In this document: one piece after another, positions 6,978 through 14,186 of the stretch | Numbering within the stretch: the stretch's first letter is position 1 | Layout: each line of letters begins with the position of its first letter | IMG/VR virus record: IMGVR_UViG_3300025584_000027 | DNA from: a virus | Strand: one strand, 5' to 3' | Length of the DNA: 22,032 nucleotides | Translations under genes and position numbers: made by a program | Notes under the pieces: generated by a model | The model's input: the letters and a program-made list of their open reading frames with translations, nothing else | The model's database searches: none | Told to the model about the DNA's origin: nothing

Positions 6978-7277
6978 TTATGTATGTATTGACCAGTGAG
7001 GATATACCGCACCATTTAACTCCACTGAAAAAGTCTCTTGAAGTCCGTGTAGTATCATACCTCCATTAAAATTTCTCTTTCCATTCTTGAAAAAAGTAAA
7101 TCCCCAAGAGAATTTTACAAAGTCAGGATACATTGTTAAAATATAATCATTATTCTTTCTAATGTTATTTAGATCTTTTAAACATCTTAAGAGAGTGAGT
7201 TTGGATTCACCACCTAATTCTCTAGCTTTTTCTAAAGTAGACCGAAACTTTTTAATGTCTGTAATTTGAGTTTTCAT
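6978..7277 (-). CDS. DUF4120-like protein
   Basis: L..CL..L...YPDF..FSWGF...GGMILHG...SV.L...WSIHT resembles my recollection of the DUF4120 pattern, which ends W-x-IHT; not database-verified. Confidence 0.6.
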   Translation of the reverse strand: MKTQITDIKKFRSTLEKARELGGESKLTLLRCLKDLNNIRKNNDYILTMYPDFVKFSWGFTFFKNGKRNFNGGMILHGLQETFSVELNGAVYPHWSIHT

Positions 7278-7708
7278 TTAACCTCCACATCTTCCGGTAC
7301 CCAAGTTCTTTCTTCCATAGAGTATTTTTCTGTATTTTCTAAATTAACCAATCTAGAAAGTAGGTCATAACAAATGACTGCCATGATTACTTTTAAATTT
7401 TCTAATTTGAATTTTATCTTATAATCATCTAAAATTTCATCAATAGCATTATATTCTTCTTCTACAAACAGTTCAGTCTGTTCAAGAAATTGACGACAAT
7501 CAACATTCTTAAATCTTTTATTCATAACATGTCTATAAGCATCACTACGACATTCAGCAATTATTTTTTCAACACCATCTATTTCTTGAATAAAGAATGT
7601 CTTTTCTGGAAACTGTTCTTTTAATTTTTTCATTCTATTTTGAATATGCTCATAAGATTCAGATTCATCATTATCTACATAAGAACATATTTTATATTTG
7701 TTATTCAT
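7274..7708 (-). CDS. Hypothetical protein
   Basis: AAGGAG RBS; 144 aa. Confidence 0.75.
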   Translation of the reverse strand: MNNKYKICSYVDNDESESYEHIQNRMKKLKEQFPEKTFFIQEIDGVEKIIAECRSDAYRHVMNKRFKNVDCRQFLEQTELFVEEEYNAIDEILDDYKIKFKLENLKVIMAVICYDLLSRLVNLENTEKYSMEERTWVPEDVEVK

Positions 7709-7720
7709 TTTATTTCTCCT

Positions 7721-7996
7721 TTAATTATCTTCATTTTGAAATTTGTAACCATCTAAATTATTTTGTGCGGCTTCTAATAGAATTGTTGATGCTGCTTTAT
7801 ATTCCGTTCTTTTAAATTCTTTTATAATAGATGTATCGTATTTATAAACATAAGCCTGTTCTTTTGCTTCTGGATGTTTGAGTTTCTTTTCAACTACTTC
7901 TTTTAATACAATATTACCATTATCACAAGTCATTGTATAAAAACAAATATGTTTAATTTCAACTATATCTTTTGGTTCTTCATTAAATATTATCAT
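7721..7996 (-). CDS. Hypothetical protein
   Basis: ATGA overlap; operon context. Confidence 0.7.
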   Translation of the reverse strand: MIIFNEEPKDIVEIKHICFYTMTCDNGNIVLKEVVEKKLKHPEAKEQAYVYKYDTSIIKEFKRTEYKAASTILLEAAQNNLDGYKFQNEDN

Positions 7997-8262
7997 CTGA
8001 TTTTCCTATGAAATTCTTCATTGATATCAAGACCGTAATTTGGTTTACATAACACATCAATTGATGTACCATCAGATCTTGATTTTGAAAAATCTTGTTT
8101 AATAGAATCTTCTAATTTAGGAATTAATTCAATTCCTTGATCAATATCATACATATCATATGCTTCTTTTGTTGGTCCATTCAAATCATTATATGCTGCT
8201 GTAACCATTAAATATTTTAACAGATTTTTACTAATTGTTATTTCATCGTTATTTGGTTTCAT
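7993..8262 (-). CDS. Hypothetical protein
   Basis: AAGGAG RBS. Confidence 0.7.
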   Translation of the reverse strand: MKPNNDEITISKNLLKYLMVTAAYNDLNGPTKEAYDMYDIDQGIELIPKLEDSIKQDFSKSRSDGTSIDVLCKPNYGLDINEEFHRKIR

Positions 8263-8273
8263 AAATGTTCTCC

Positions 8274-8555
8274 TTAATCTTCTGAAAATATTGATTTATT
8301 ATCAAAATTAAGAACTTCTTCTACCTTTCTATGTTTATTTTGTTCGTGAATAAATAATGATCGACCTTCCATTTCCATAATTTCTGTACTGAATCTTTCC
8401 CTACAATTTTGTCCTGATTCTAATGTTTTAAATAATTCAATATCTATATCGAAAAAATGACCACTATCTTTTACTAATTCATAAAAGTTATCAGGTAATG
8501 TGTCAACAAGTTCTTTAAATACTTTAATTAATTGTTTTCGAAATATTTTATCCAT
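8274..8555 (-). CDS. Hypothetical protein
   Basis: Purine-rich RBS; operon context. Confidence 0.7.
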   Translation of the reverse strand: MDKIFRKQLIKVFKELVDTLPDNFYELVKDSGHFFDIDIELFKTLESGQNCRERFSTEIMEMEGRSLFIHEQNKHRKVEEVLNFDNKSIFSED

Positions 8556-8573
8556 TAGTTTTCCCTTCAGCTC

Positions 8574-8909
8574 TTACTCTTTTGGTTTCCATTGAACTAC
8601 TTGAATTTTTAATGGATTAGTTTTTACAATCAATCCTATACTTTTATTCTTACAATCATTTTCTTCTTCCCAAGAATGTTGATATTCTTTTGCTCCTCTT
8701 AAATACTCAGGAAAGTTTTTATAATATTTTTGTCCTAATTCTAATACTTTAAGATCTTTACTATAATTTTCAAAAATCGAATCAGCAATTTCTTCAAATT
8801 CTTTTTCTTTTAAATTACTTACTTCAAGAAAACCATCAATTGTAAATTTTGTTATATCAACAGAATCTAGTACAGTTATCAAAGTCATTTCTTTTAATGA
8901 TAAATCCAT
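8574..8909 (-). CDS. Hypothetical protein
   Basis: AAAGGAG RBS immediately after motif B copy 4. Confidence 0.75.
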   Translation of the reverse strand: MDLSLKEMTLITVLDSVDITKFTIDGFLEVSNLKEKEFEEIADSIFENYSKDLKVLELGQKYYKNFPEYLRGAKEYQHSWEEENDCKNKSIGLIVKTNPLKIQVVQWKPKE

Positions 8910-8921
8910 ATCTTCTCCTTT

Positions 8922-8945
8922 AGCTCTTGCACCACGTTTTAGATA
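8922..8945 (-). repeat. Boundary motif B, copy 4 (contains the clpP stop codon)
   Basis: Reverse complement TATCTAAAACGTGGTGCAAGAGCT. Confidence 0.8.
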
Positions 8946-9580
8946 GTTATTTCATCAACAAAACCATATTCTAAACATTTATCAACACCTAAATATATGT
9001 CTCTTTTAAGTAATTGATTTAGTTTCTGAGTTTTAAGATTAGTATTAGATACATAAATATTCTTAATCATTTTCATAATTAAATCTAAATTACTTTTTTC
9101 ATCATTAAATTCTTCGTACTTACCACCGAACCAACTACTAAGTTGGTGAATCATAAGCATAGAATTAGGTGTCATAAATCTCTTTTTTCCAGCAACAGAA
9201 ATAATAGTGGCTGCAGAAGCAACGACACCTTCTATATAAGTGTAAATTGGTATAGGTGATCCTTTAATATAGTCGTGAAGATTGAAAGAATCTGATACTG
9301 TTCCTCCATAACTGTTAATGTGTAAATTAATGTGGAACGTACTATTTATTGGGTCTATATTATTCTCTATTGAAAACTTTTTAAATTCTATTATCTTCTT
9401 ATCAATCTTTTTTCTTATTTTTAATACTACTTGTTCATTGATTGTTTCATATAAAAATATATCATTACTTTTGTCTGTAGCGGCAAGATCTTCCCCAATA
9501 TTCGGGGAAATAGGCATAATTTCAGTTTCTACACCTACTTCTTCGTTTCTGTATGGGTTTCGTGATTTGTAAGTTATCAT
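8939..9580 (-). CDS. clpP: ClpP-family serine protease
   Basis: LHINSYGG, GVVASAAT (Ser), MLMIHQ (His) and KRDIYL (Asp) give the ClpP catalytic triad motifs. Confidence 0.9.
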   Translation of the reverse strand: MITYKSRNPYRNEEVGVETEIMPISPNIGEDLAATDKSNDIFLYETINEQVVLKIRKKIDKKIIEFKKFSIENNIDPINSTFHINLHINSYGGTVSDSFNLHDYIKGSPIPIYTYIEGVVASAATIISVAGKKRFMTPNSMLMIHQLSSWFGGKYEEFNDEKSNLDLIMKMIKNIYVSNTNLKTQKLNQLLKRDIYLGVDKCLEYGFVDEITI

Positions 9581-9624
9581 TCTTGTTTGTGCCTCCGGTT
9601 AAAGTTTATAGAATCTACTGTTAA

Positions 9625-9810
9625 TTATACTTCTTTAATTCCTTGTCGTTCCATAGAAGTTGCTAAATTAAGAAAAATTTCTGGTGTAATTGTTGCGGTT
9701 TTTTGAATGCAAAAGTAACCTATACCTTTAATCATTATTGTTTTCATTTCTTTAATATTATCAATTACGTGTTTACTAGTTTCTATATTATAAATAGATT
9801 TATTATACAT
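9625..9810 (-). CDS. Hypothetical protein
   Basis: AGGAG RBS. Confidence 0.65.
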   Translation of the reverse strand: MYNKSIYNIETSKHVIDNIKEMKTIMIKGIGYFCIQKTATITPEIFLNLATSMERQGIKEV

Positions 9811-9834
9811 AATATCTCCTGTTAGAGTTTAAAA

Positions 9835-10140
9835 TTATTCAGTTAAATTAACAATTATTTCATAATCTAGTTTTTTAAAACTACAATATTCACCTTTATA
9901 CTTACCTTTATACACTCCTTTAATATTCATCGATCGATCTTGAGTATATGATTTAAGAGCTTCTTTTAAATCACTCTCTGTTTTAAAATCTATAAAATCA
10001 AATTTAGTTGGATATAAACCATAAATATCATATCTGTCATTTGAAAAGTAAGAATAAATTATAAAATAAGGTTTATTTAGAGCTCTTTCAAGTCCTTTAT
10101 GTATAAGTTCTTCAATCAATGGATCATTAATAGCTTCCAT
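9835..10140 (-). CDS. Hypothetical protein
   Basis: AAGGAGG RBS; first gene after motif A 10191-10214. Confidence 0.75.
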   Translation of the reverse strand: MEAINDPLIEELIHKGLERALNKPYFIIYSYFSNDRYDIYGLYPTKFDFIDFKTESDLKEALKSYTQDRSMNIKGVYKGKYKGEYCSFKKLDYEIIVNLTE

Positions 10141-10190
10141 GTTTCTTTATCCTCCTTAAAATCAGAATAATAAATAAACCTATTTATATT

Positions 10191-10214
10191 ATTTCTATAT
10201 TAAAACCAAGAAAA
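10191..10214 (-). promoter_or_regulatory. Motif A (putative phage promoter)
   Basis: ATTTCTATATTAAAACCAAGAAAA. Confidence 0.7.
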
Positions 10215-10216
10215 CA

Positions 10217-10240
10217 AAAATTCTAGGATAGTATAGAAAT
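10217..10240 (+). promoter_or_regulatory. Motif A, degenerate divergent copy
   Basis: Only the TAGTATAGAAAT 3' half is conserved. Confidence 0.45.
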
Positions 10241-10253
10241 AATATTAATAACA

Positions 10254-10277
10254 TAATCTCCAATTTAATATAGAAAT
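10254..10277 (+). promoter_or_regulatory. Motif A (putative phage promoter)
   Basis: TAATCTCCAATTTAATATAGAAAT, 21/24 match. Confidence 0.7.
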
Positions 10278-10340
10278 AATTATTGTAAGAAGAGCTATAT
10301 TGGCTCTTTGGTTTTTATATTAGATATGGAGGAAAAGTTT

Positions 10341-10958
10341 ATGGAATATATTTCTGGAGAAGAATTTGTTAAATATCTTGAAAAGAAAGAAATTCCTCCG
10401 GCTCCACCAGAAGGGTGTACTCTTAATGGAAACATACTAGATATTAAATCTATATATCAGTATGGCGTTATGGGAGCGGTTCGAAACTTCGGAATGTTCG
10501 CCATTGTTGATCAAGTGTGGACAACTGAACTTGCGAAATGGATTGATTCCAAAAGATGCTTGGAAGTGATGGCGGGAGCCGGTTGGCTTTCGAAAGCACT
10601 TCAAGAACAAGGAATTGATATTATCCCAACCGATAATGGTAGTTGGGATAAGATTGTTGAGAGACAGATTATCCCTGTTGAAAAACTTAATGGTCTGGAT
10701 GCAGTAAAAAAGTATTCAAATTACGATGTTCTTGTAGTCTCTTGGCCTGATTATGATCGCGAAGAGATTTGTGAGATTTGTCAAGAATGGGGACCGAATA
10801 AGCCAATTATTTATATTGGTGAAAGTATGTATGGTTGTACCGCCTGTGACAAATTCTTTGATCATTTTCAGATTGATCCTAATTTTGATGAAGAAAGTAT
10901 TCCTATGATGGTGTGGACTGGAATACACGATCAAGTTATGATCGGATACTACAAATAA
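10341..10958 (+). CDS. Class I SAM-dependent methyltransferase-like protein (start probably 10341)
   Basis: CLEVMAGAGWLS (motif I), IIPTDN, LVVSWP and YIGESMYGCT; GGAGG lies 8 nt before the ATG at 10341. Confidence 0.7.
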   Translation: MEYISGEEFVKYLEKKEIPPAPPEGCTLNGNILDIKSIYQYGVMGAVRNFGMFAIVDQVWTTELAKWIDSKRCLEVMAGAGWLSKALQEQGIDIIPTDNGSWDKIVERQIIPVEKLNGLDAVKKYSNYDVLVVSWPDYDREEICEICQEWGPNKPIIYIGESMYGCTACDKFFDHFQIDPNFDEESIPMMVWTGIHDQVMIGYYK

Positions 10959-10962
10959 AAAC

Positions 10963-11006
10963 TCTAGTGGGTTCGCTTTATGCGGATACCACTAGATATA
11001 TTTTTT
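10963..11006 (+). terminator. Intrinsic terminator
   Basis: TCTAGTGG/CCACTAGA stem with an inner stem, then a T tract. Confidence 0.6.
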
Positions 11007-11097
11007 CGAAAAAGAAAAAGAATAATTCCCCAATATAGTGGGGAATATTAAGATATGTATTTGTATACCGCATGCTTAATTCATGTGGTTAAATATG

Positions 11098-11304
11098 TTA
11101 CATTTCGAGAGCTTCAGCCCTCCTTGCATGTCTACGCTGAGCCCGAAGACTCAATTTTTTTACCGGTTTTGCTGCCACTACGGCAGCAGATTTCATATCC
11201 TCAATTTTCTTCTGGCGGGCGATATAATTCGCCCGCTGCATGTTCGACTTCTTTACCCTTGCCAGGACTTCCGGAGTCGGGTCTTCAACTTTTCTTGCAA
11301 ACAT
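11098..11304 (-). CDS. Small basic Arg/Lys/Ala-rich protein
   Basis: AGAGGT RBS; AAKPVKK; GC-rich codons. Confidence 0.7.
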   Translation of the reverse strand: MFARKVEDPTPEVLARVKKSNMQRANYIARQKKIEDMKSAAVVAAKPVKKLSLRAQRRHARRAEALEM

Positions 11305-11340
11305 ACCAATACCTCTCTAATATTGTCCCATTAATCAAGT

Positions 11341-11364
11341 ATTTCTATATCACTTAATCATGAT
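11341..11364 (-). promoter_or_regulatory. Motif A, degenerate copy
   Basis: Only the ATTTCTATAT core is conserved; lies upstream of ORF 11098-11304. Confidence 0.45.
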
Positions 11365-11415
11365 ATAAAAGAAGAACTCCAATTTGGGACTAATTGGGCT
11401 CTTCATACTTATATA

Positions 11416-11439
11416 ATTTCTATATTAAAATCGAGAATA
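11416..11439 (-). promoter_or_regulatory. Motif A (exact consensus)
   Basis: ATTTCTATATTAAAATCGAGAATA. Confidence 0.8.
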
Positions 11440-11442
11440 TGA

Positions 11443-11469
11443 AAATAAAGATCACTCGTTTGAGTGACC
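11443..11469 (-). terminator. Intrinsic terminator
   Basis: GGUCACUC-AAAC-GAGUGAUC followed by UUUAUUUU. Confidence 0.65.
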
Positions 11470-11516
11470 GATAGGCATATTTATATCCGCGTACCCATCC
11501 AATGGCGCGGATTTAT

Positions 11517-11789
11517 TCAATGACCTGGTTGTCGTTCCCCATAACCACCGAAGTGGTTGACGGAGTTTATTTGTTTTTTGCTGGCTCCAATTTCTTGGAG
11601 CTTTTTCTTCATTTTTGTCCAGTTTTTTCCCTGGGCGAACCCGGGGAGTGTCATGACAATACCCCTGAAGGACGAGGCATCGTTACTATTCGTCGCGTAC
11701 AGGATCAGTGACGAGTAAACTCGCCTCTTCTCATCTTCGCCCTCTTGAATGTCCAAAAGGGTGATGTTCATTTCTTTTAAATCTATCAT
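11517..11789 (-). CDS. Hypothetical protein
   Basis: AAGGAG RBS; stands alone between its own promoter and terminator. Confidence 0.75.
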   Translation of the reverse strand: MIDLKEMNITLLDIQEGEDEKRRVYSSLILYATNSNDASSFRGIVMTLPGFAQGKNWTKMKKKLQEIGASKKQINSVNHFGGYGERQPGH

Positions 11790-11838
11790 AACTGTTTCTC
11801 CTTGTCTAGTAGTTTAAATAGGTTGTAACATATTATTA

Positions 11839-11862
11839 ATTTCTATATTAAAATCGAGAATA
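11839..11862 (-). promoter_or_regulatory. Motif A (exact consensus)
   Basis: ATTTCTATATTAAAATCGAGAATA. Confidence 0.8.
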
Positions 11863-11870
11863 CAAGAAAA

Positions 11871-11947
11871 AGAGGGGAGTTGGATTCGAACCAACAATCT
11901 CTCAATTCTTAAAAAATCGAGTGAGATTCCAATTACTCCACCCCCTC
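11871..11947 (-). tRNA. tRNA-like gene with an 11-nt anticodon loop (isotype ambiguous: Lys-UUU with a 4-nt insertion, or UUA with a 7-bp stem); CCA not encoded
   Basis: Acceptor stem GAGGGGG/UCCCCUC, U8, D arm GAG/CUC with G18G19, anticodon stem CUCGA/UUGAG, 5-nt variable loop, T arm GUUGG-UUCGAAU-CCAAC. Confidence 0.8.
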
Positions 11948-11969
11948 TATTTGTCATATTGTTGAAATT

Positions 11970-11993
11970 ATTTCTATATTAAAATCGAGAAAA
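11970..11993 (-). promoter_or_regulatory. Motif A driving the tRNA-like gene
   Basis: ATTTCTATATTAAAATCGAGAAAA, 22 nt from G1. Confidence 0.8.
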
Positions 11994-11994
11994 C

Positions 11995-12030
11995 AAAAAA
12001 AATATCCACTCTCTATATTAAGAGAGTGGA
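11995..12030 (-). terminator. Intrinsic terminator
   Basis: Perfect 10-bp stem TCCACTCTCT/AGAGAGTGGA with a U tract on the minus strand. Confidence 0.75.
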
Positions 12031-12041
12031 CGATTTATAAA

Positions 12042-13325
12042 TTAATTTACAGATATAGCATCACCAACGTTTATTGTCTTCCAAGCATCTGTTGGTTCTG
12101 TTACTTCTACTTTTGAATTTAACTCTTTATTAATAGTTAGTAATCTTTCATTTTCATCTAACTGATGGTTAACATCAGAATCAAGTTGTTTGACTTTATC
12201 TTTAAGATTACAAACTTCTCTATTAAGAGTTATAATTTTATCTTCCCTTGTTTTAAGTGTTTCTTTTAAAGAATCTATATTAACGCTTTCAATATTTTCT
12301 ATTTTACTTTCAAGAACTTCAATGGTTTTTCTTTGAAGTTTCTCTTTCTCTTGTAGAATATTAAAATGTAATATGAAAGATTCAACCAGCTCACCCATAG
12401 GCATCATTGAAAATTTCTCTAATAAATTACTCAATTTATTCTCAGAATAAGCTTGATCTACATCTTTTTCAGATATGTGTTGTCTTTGTCTTAGTCCCAA
12501 TTTCTCTTCAACAAATTTATTTTCTACATTTATTTCGACTTTTATCTCTTGAGTTTTTTCTGGTTGAATTTCTATATTGTCAATATATTTCAATTTGATC
12601 CATCTAGATGTTTCCGACATCTTTTCAATATATCCTTTTTTCACATATTTATTTATAAAAGAATATACTCTAGAATTAACTATATTTATTTCTTTTTTAT
12701 CTAATTCACCACAATTAATTGTGTTAATAGTCTTTTGCATAAACTCAATTGTTGTAAACATCTGATTTATTTCTAATTGCTCATTAAATACCTTTTTAAA
12801 CAAACCTCCATTAATATTTGCATTTGTAGTAAGATAAATCTTCTTTGAAATAGCATAAGAATTATCTAATTTTTGATATACTTTCTTTGATGTTGATACT
12901 TTCATTTTATCACTAAGTTTCTTAATGGCTTTTGTTTTCAAACAACTGCTTATAAAAGCACTCACAGATGCTTTAAGTTTTTCTTTTTTAAAATCTTTTA
13001 AATCATCTATTTGGGTTAACGAATTTACAATATCATCAACACTAAATATATGATTAATTGATAAATTATTATTAAAAATCAATCTAACTCTATTATTTAT
13101 ATTCATTTTCTCCTCTTTAGTGGTAGGTTTTAAAGTATCTTCAGAAATTAGGTCATAAAAATGAAAACTATTTTCTGTCATTCTATGAGTTGTTCGTCCT
13201 TTTCCATGAGCACTAACTTTCCATACTCCTTTCTTGAGTTTAGACAAAACAGTAATTGTATAACCTTTTTCTTTATTGCGCCATACTTGACCTTCCTGAA
13301 TTTTTGTATCTATTGTTGTTTGCAT
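12042..13325 (-). CDS. Multi-domain protein: beta-rich N-terminal domain, two tandem winged-helix-like repeats, C-terminal coiled coil
   Basis: Internal repeat FNNNLSINHIFS...VSAFISSCLKTKAIKK / FNEQLEINQMFT...VYSFINKYVKKGYIEK; heptad-like C-terminus. Confidence 0.7.
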   Translation of the reverse strand: MQTTIDTKIQEGQVWRNKEKGYTITVLSKLKKGVWKVSAHGKGRTTHRMTENSFHFYDLISEDTLKPTTKEEKMNINNRVRLIFNNNLSINHIFSVDDIVNSLTQIDDLKDFKKEKLKASVSAFISSCLKTKAIKKLSDKMKVSTSKKVYQKLDNSYAISKKIYLTTNANINGGLFKKVFNEQLEINQMFTTIEFMQKTINTINCGELDKKEINIVNSRVYSFINKYVKKGYIEKMSETSRWIKLKYIDNIEIQPEKTQEIKVEINVENKFVEEKLGLRQRQHISEKDVDQAYSENKLSNLLEKFSMMPMGELVESFILHFNILQEKEKLQRKTIEVLESKIENIESVNIDSLKETLKTREDKIITLNREVCNLKDKVKQLDSDVNHQLDENERLLTINKELNSKVEVTEPTDAWKTINVGDAISVN

Positions 13326-13342
13326 TTAATTACCTTTCACAT

Positions 13343-14086
13343 CTATGTTAATTTATTATTTTGACGTTTTAATTCAACAATACATTTATTTTTCATCTCT
13401 TTAATTTCAATACCCTCAGATTGTATATAATCCATAGCAAAAAAGATATTTACAAGAAGTTCTTTTATAGTGATTAAAGTATTATCAGAACATTCTATAT
13501 CTGTGAGTACTCTTTTTTCTACATTAATTTTTTTTGATTTCTTTTTATTAATAATAACAAACGTTTTAGGTATTTGAATGTCTAAATTGTTAAATATAGG
13601 TAATTCAAGTAAAATGTATTTTTTACCACTACCTGCAGTACTTAATAATACTTTTTTTTGATAATTATTTAACTCTACAAATTGATCGTCAGTAGTATCC
13701 TCCTCCAAATCTTCTAGATCTTTTATAGATATTCCGATAAGATTTACAAATAAATTTAATCCAGTATTATGAGAATAAGTAATATTTTCAGCTACAGAGT
13801 TAATATCTATTTTTGCAAGTATATAAACATATCTATCTTTATTTACACCTTTTTGATTTTTATATTTGTCTACAACTAGCGCGAAGATATCTTTTATTTC
13901 AATACCAGTTACATTGTGTGGTAATTGAAAGGTGTCACATTTTTCATCAGTATCAATATTTTCTCTTTTAATATCCTTATCCTCATCATTATCTATATAT
14001 TTTATTTTAAATAATTTCATATCATCTAAAACTGGTAATAATTTTCGATCATTTTTAATCACATATTTTTTAAAAACTTCAAACAT
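13343..14086 (-). CDS. Hypothetical protein
   Basis: AAAGGAGGTG RBS; 247 aa; first gene after motif A 14136-14159. Confidence 0.8.
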   Translation of the reverse strand: MFEVFKKYVIKNDRKLLPVLDDMKLFKIKYIDNDEDKDIKRENIDTDEKCDTFQLPHNVTGIEIKDIFALVVDKYKNQKGVNKDRYVYILAKIDINSVAENITYSHNTGLNLFVNLIGISIKDLEDLEEDTTDDQFVELNNYQKKVLLSTAGSGKKYILLELPIFNNLDIQIPKTFVIINKKKSKKINVEKRVLTDIECSDNTLITIKELLVNIFFAMDYIQSEGIEIKEMKNKCIVELKRQNNKLT

Positions 14087-14135
14087 ATTACACCTCCTTT
14101 ATTGTTTAAAAAAATAGAAACTTTATGTTTATATT

Positions 14136-14159
14136 ATTTCTATATTTAAATTAAGAATA
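14136..14159 (-). promoter_or_regulatory. Motif A (putative phage promoter)
   Basis: ATTTCTATATTTAAATTAAGAATA. Confidence 0.7.
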
Positions 14160-14186
14160 CAAAAATTTAAGAAAGGATATTTATCT

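Noticed and set aside
11871-11947. Genome-wide stop-codon reassignment implied by a UUA anticodon
   Set aside because: TAA, TGA and TAG all end well-formed genes followed by RBS or terminators, long ORFs read intact in code 11, and the rpoB break is explained by the intron.
9779-12577. Motif A-like cores inside coding regions (9779-9788, 12568-12577)
   Set aside because: Only the 3' half matches, and it is explained by the codons for NIE. The 9779 copy could be an internal clpP promoter but is unsupported.
13560-13569. Motif B-like AACGTTTTAG inside ORF 13343-14086
   Set aside because: It lacks the AGAnCT half and encodes PKTF; probably incidental.
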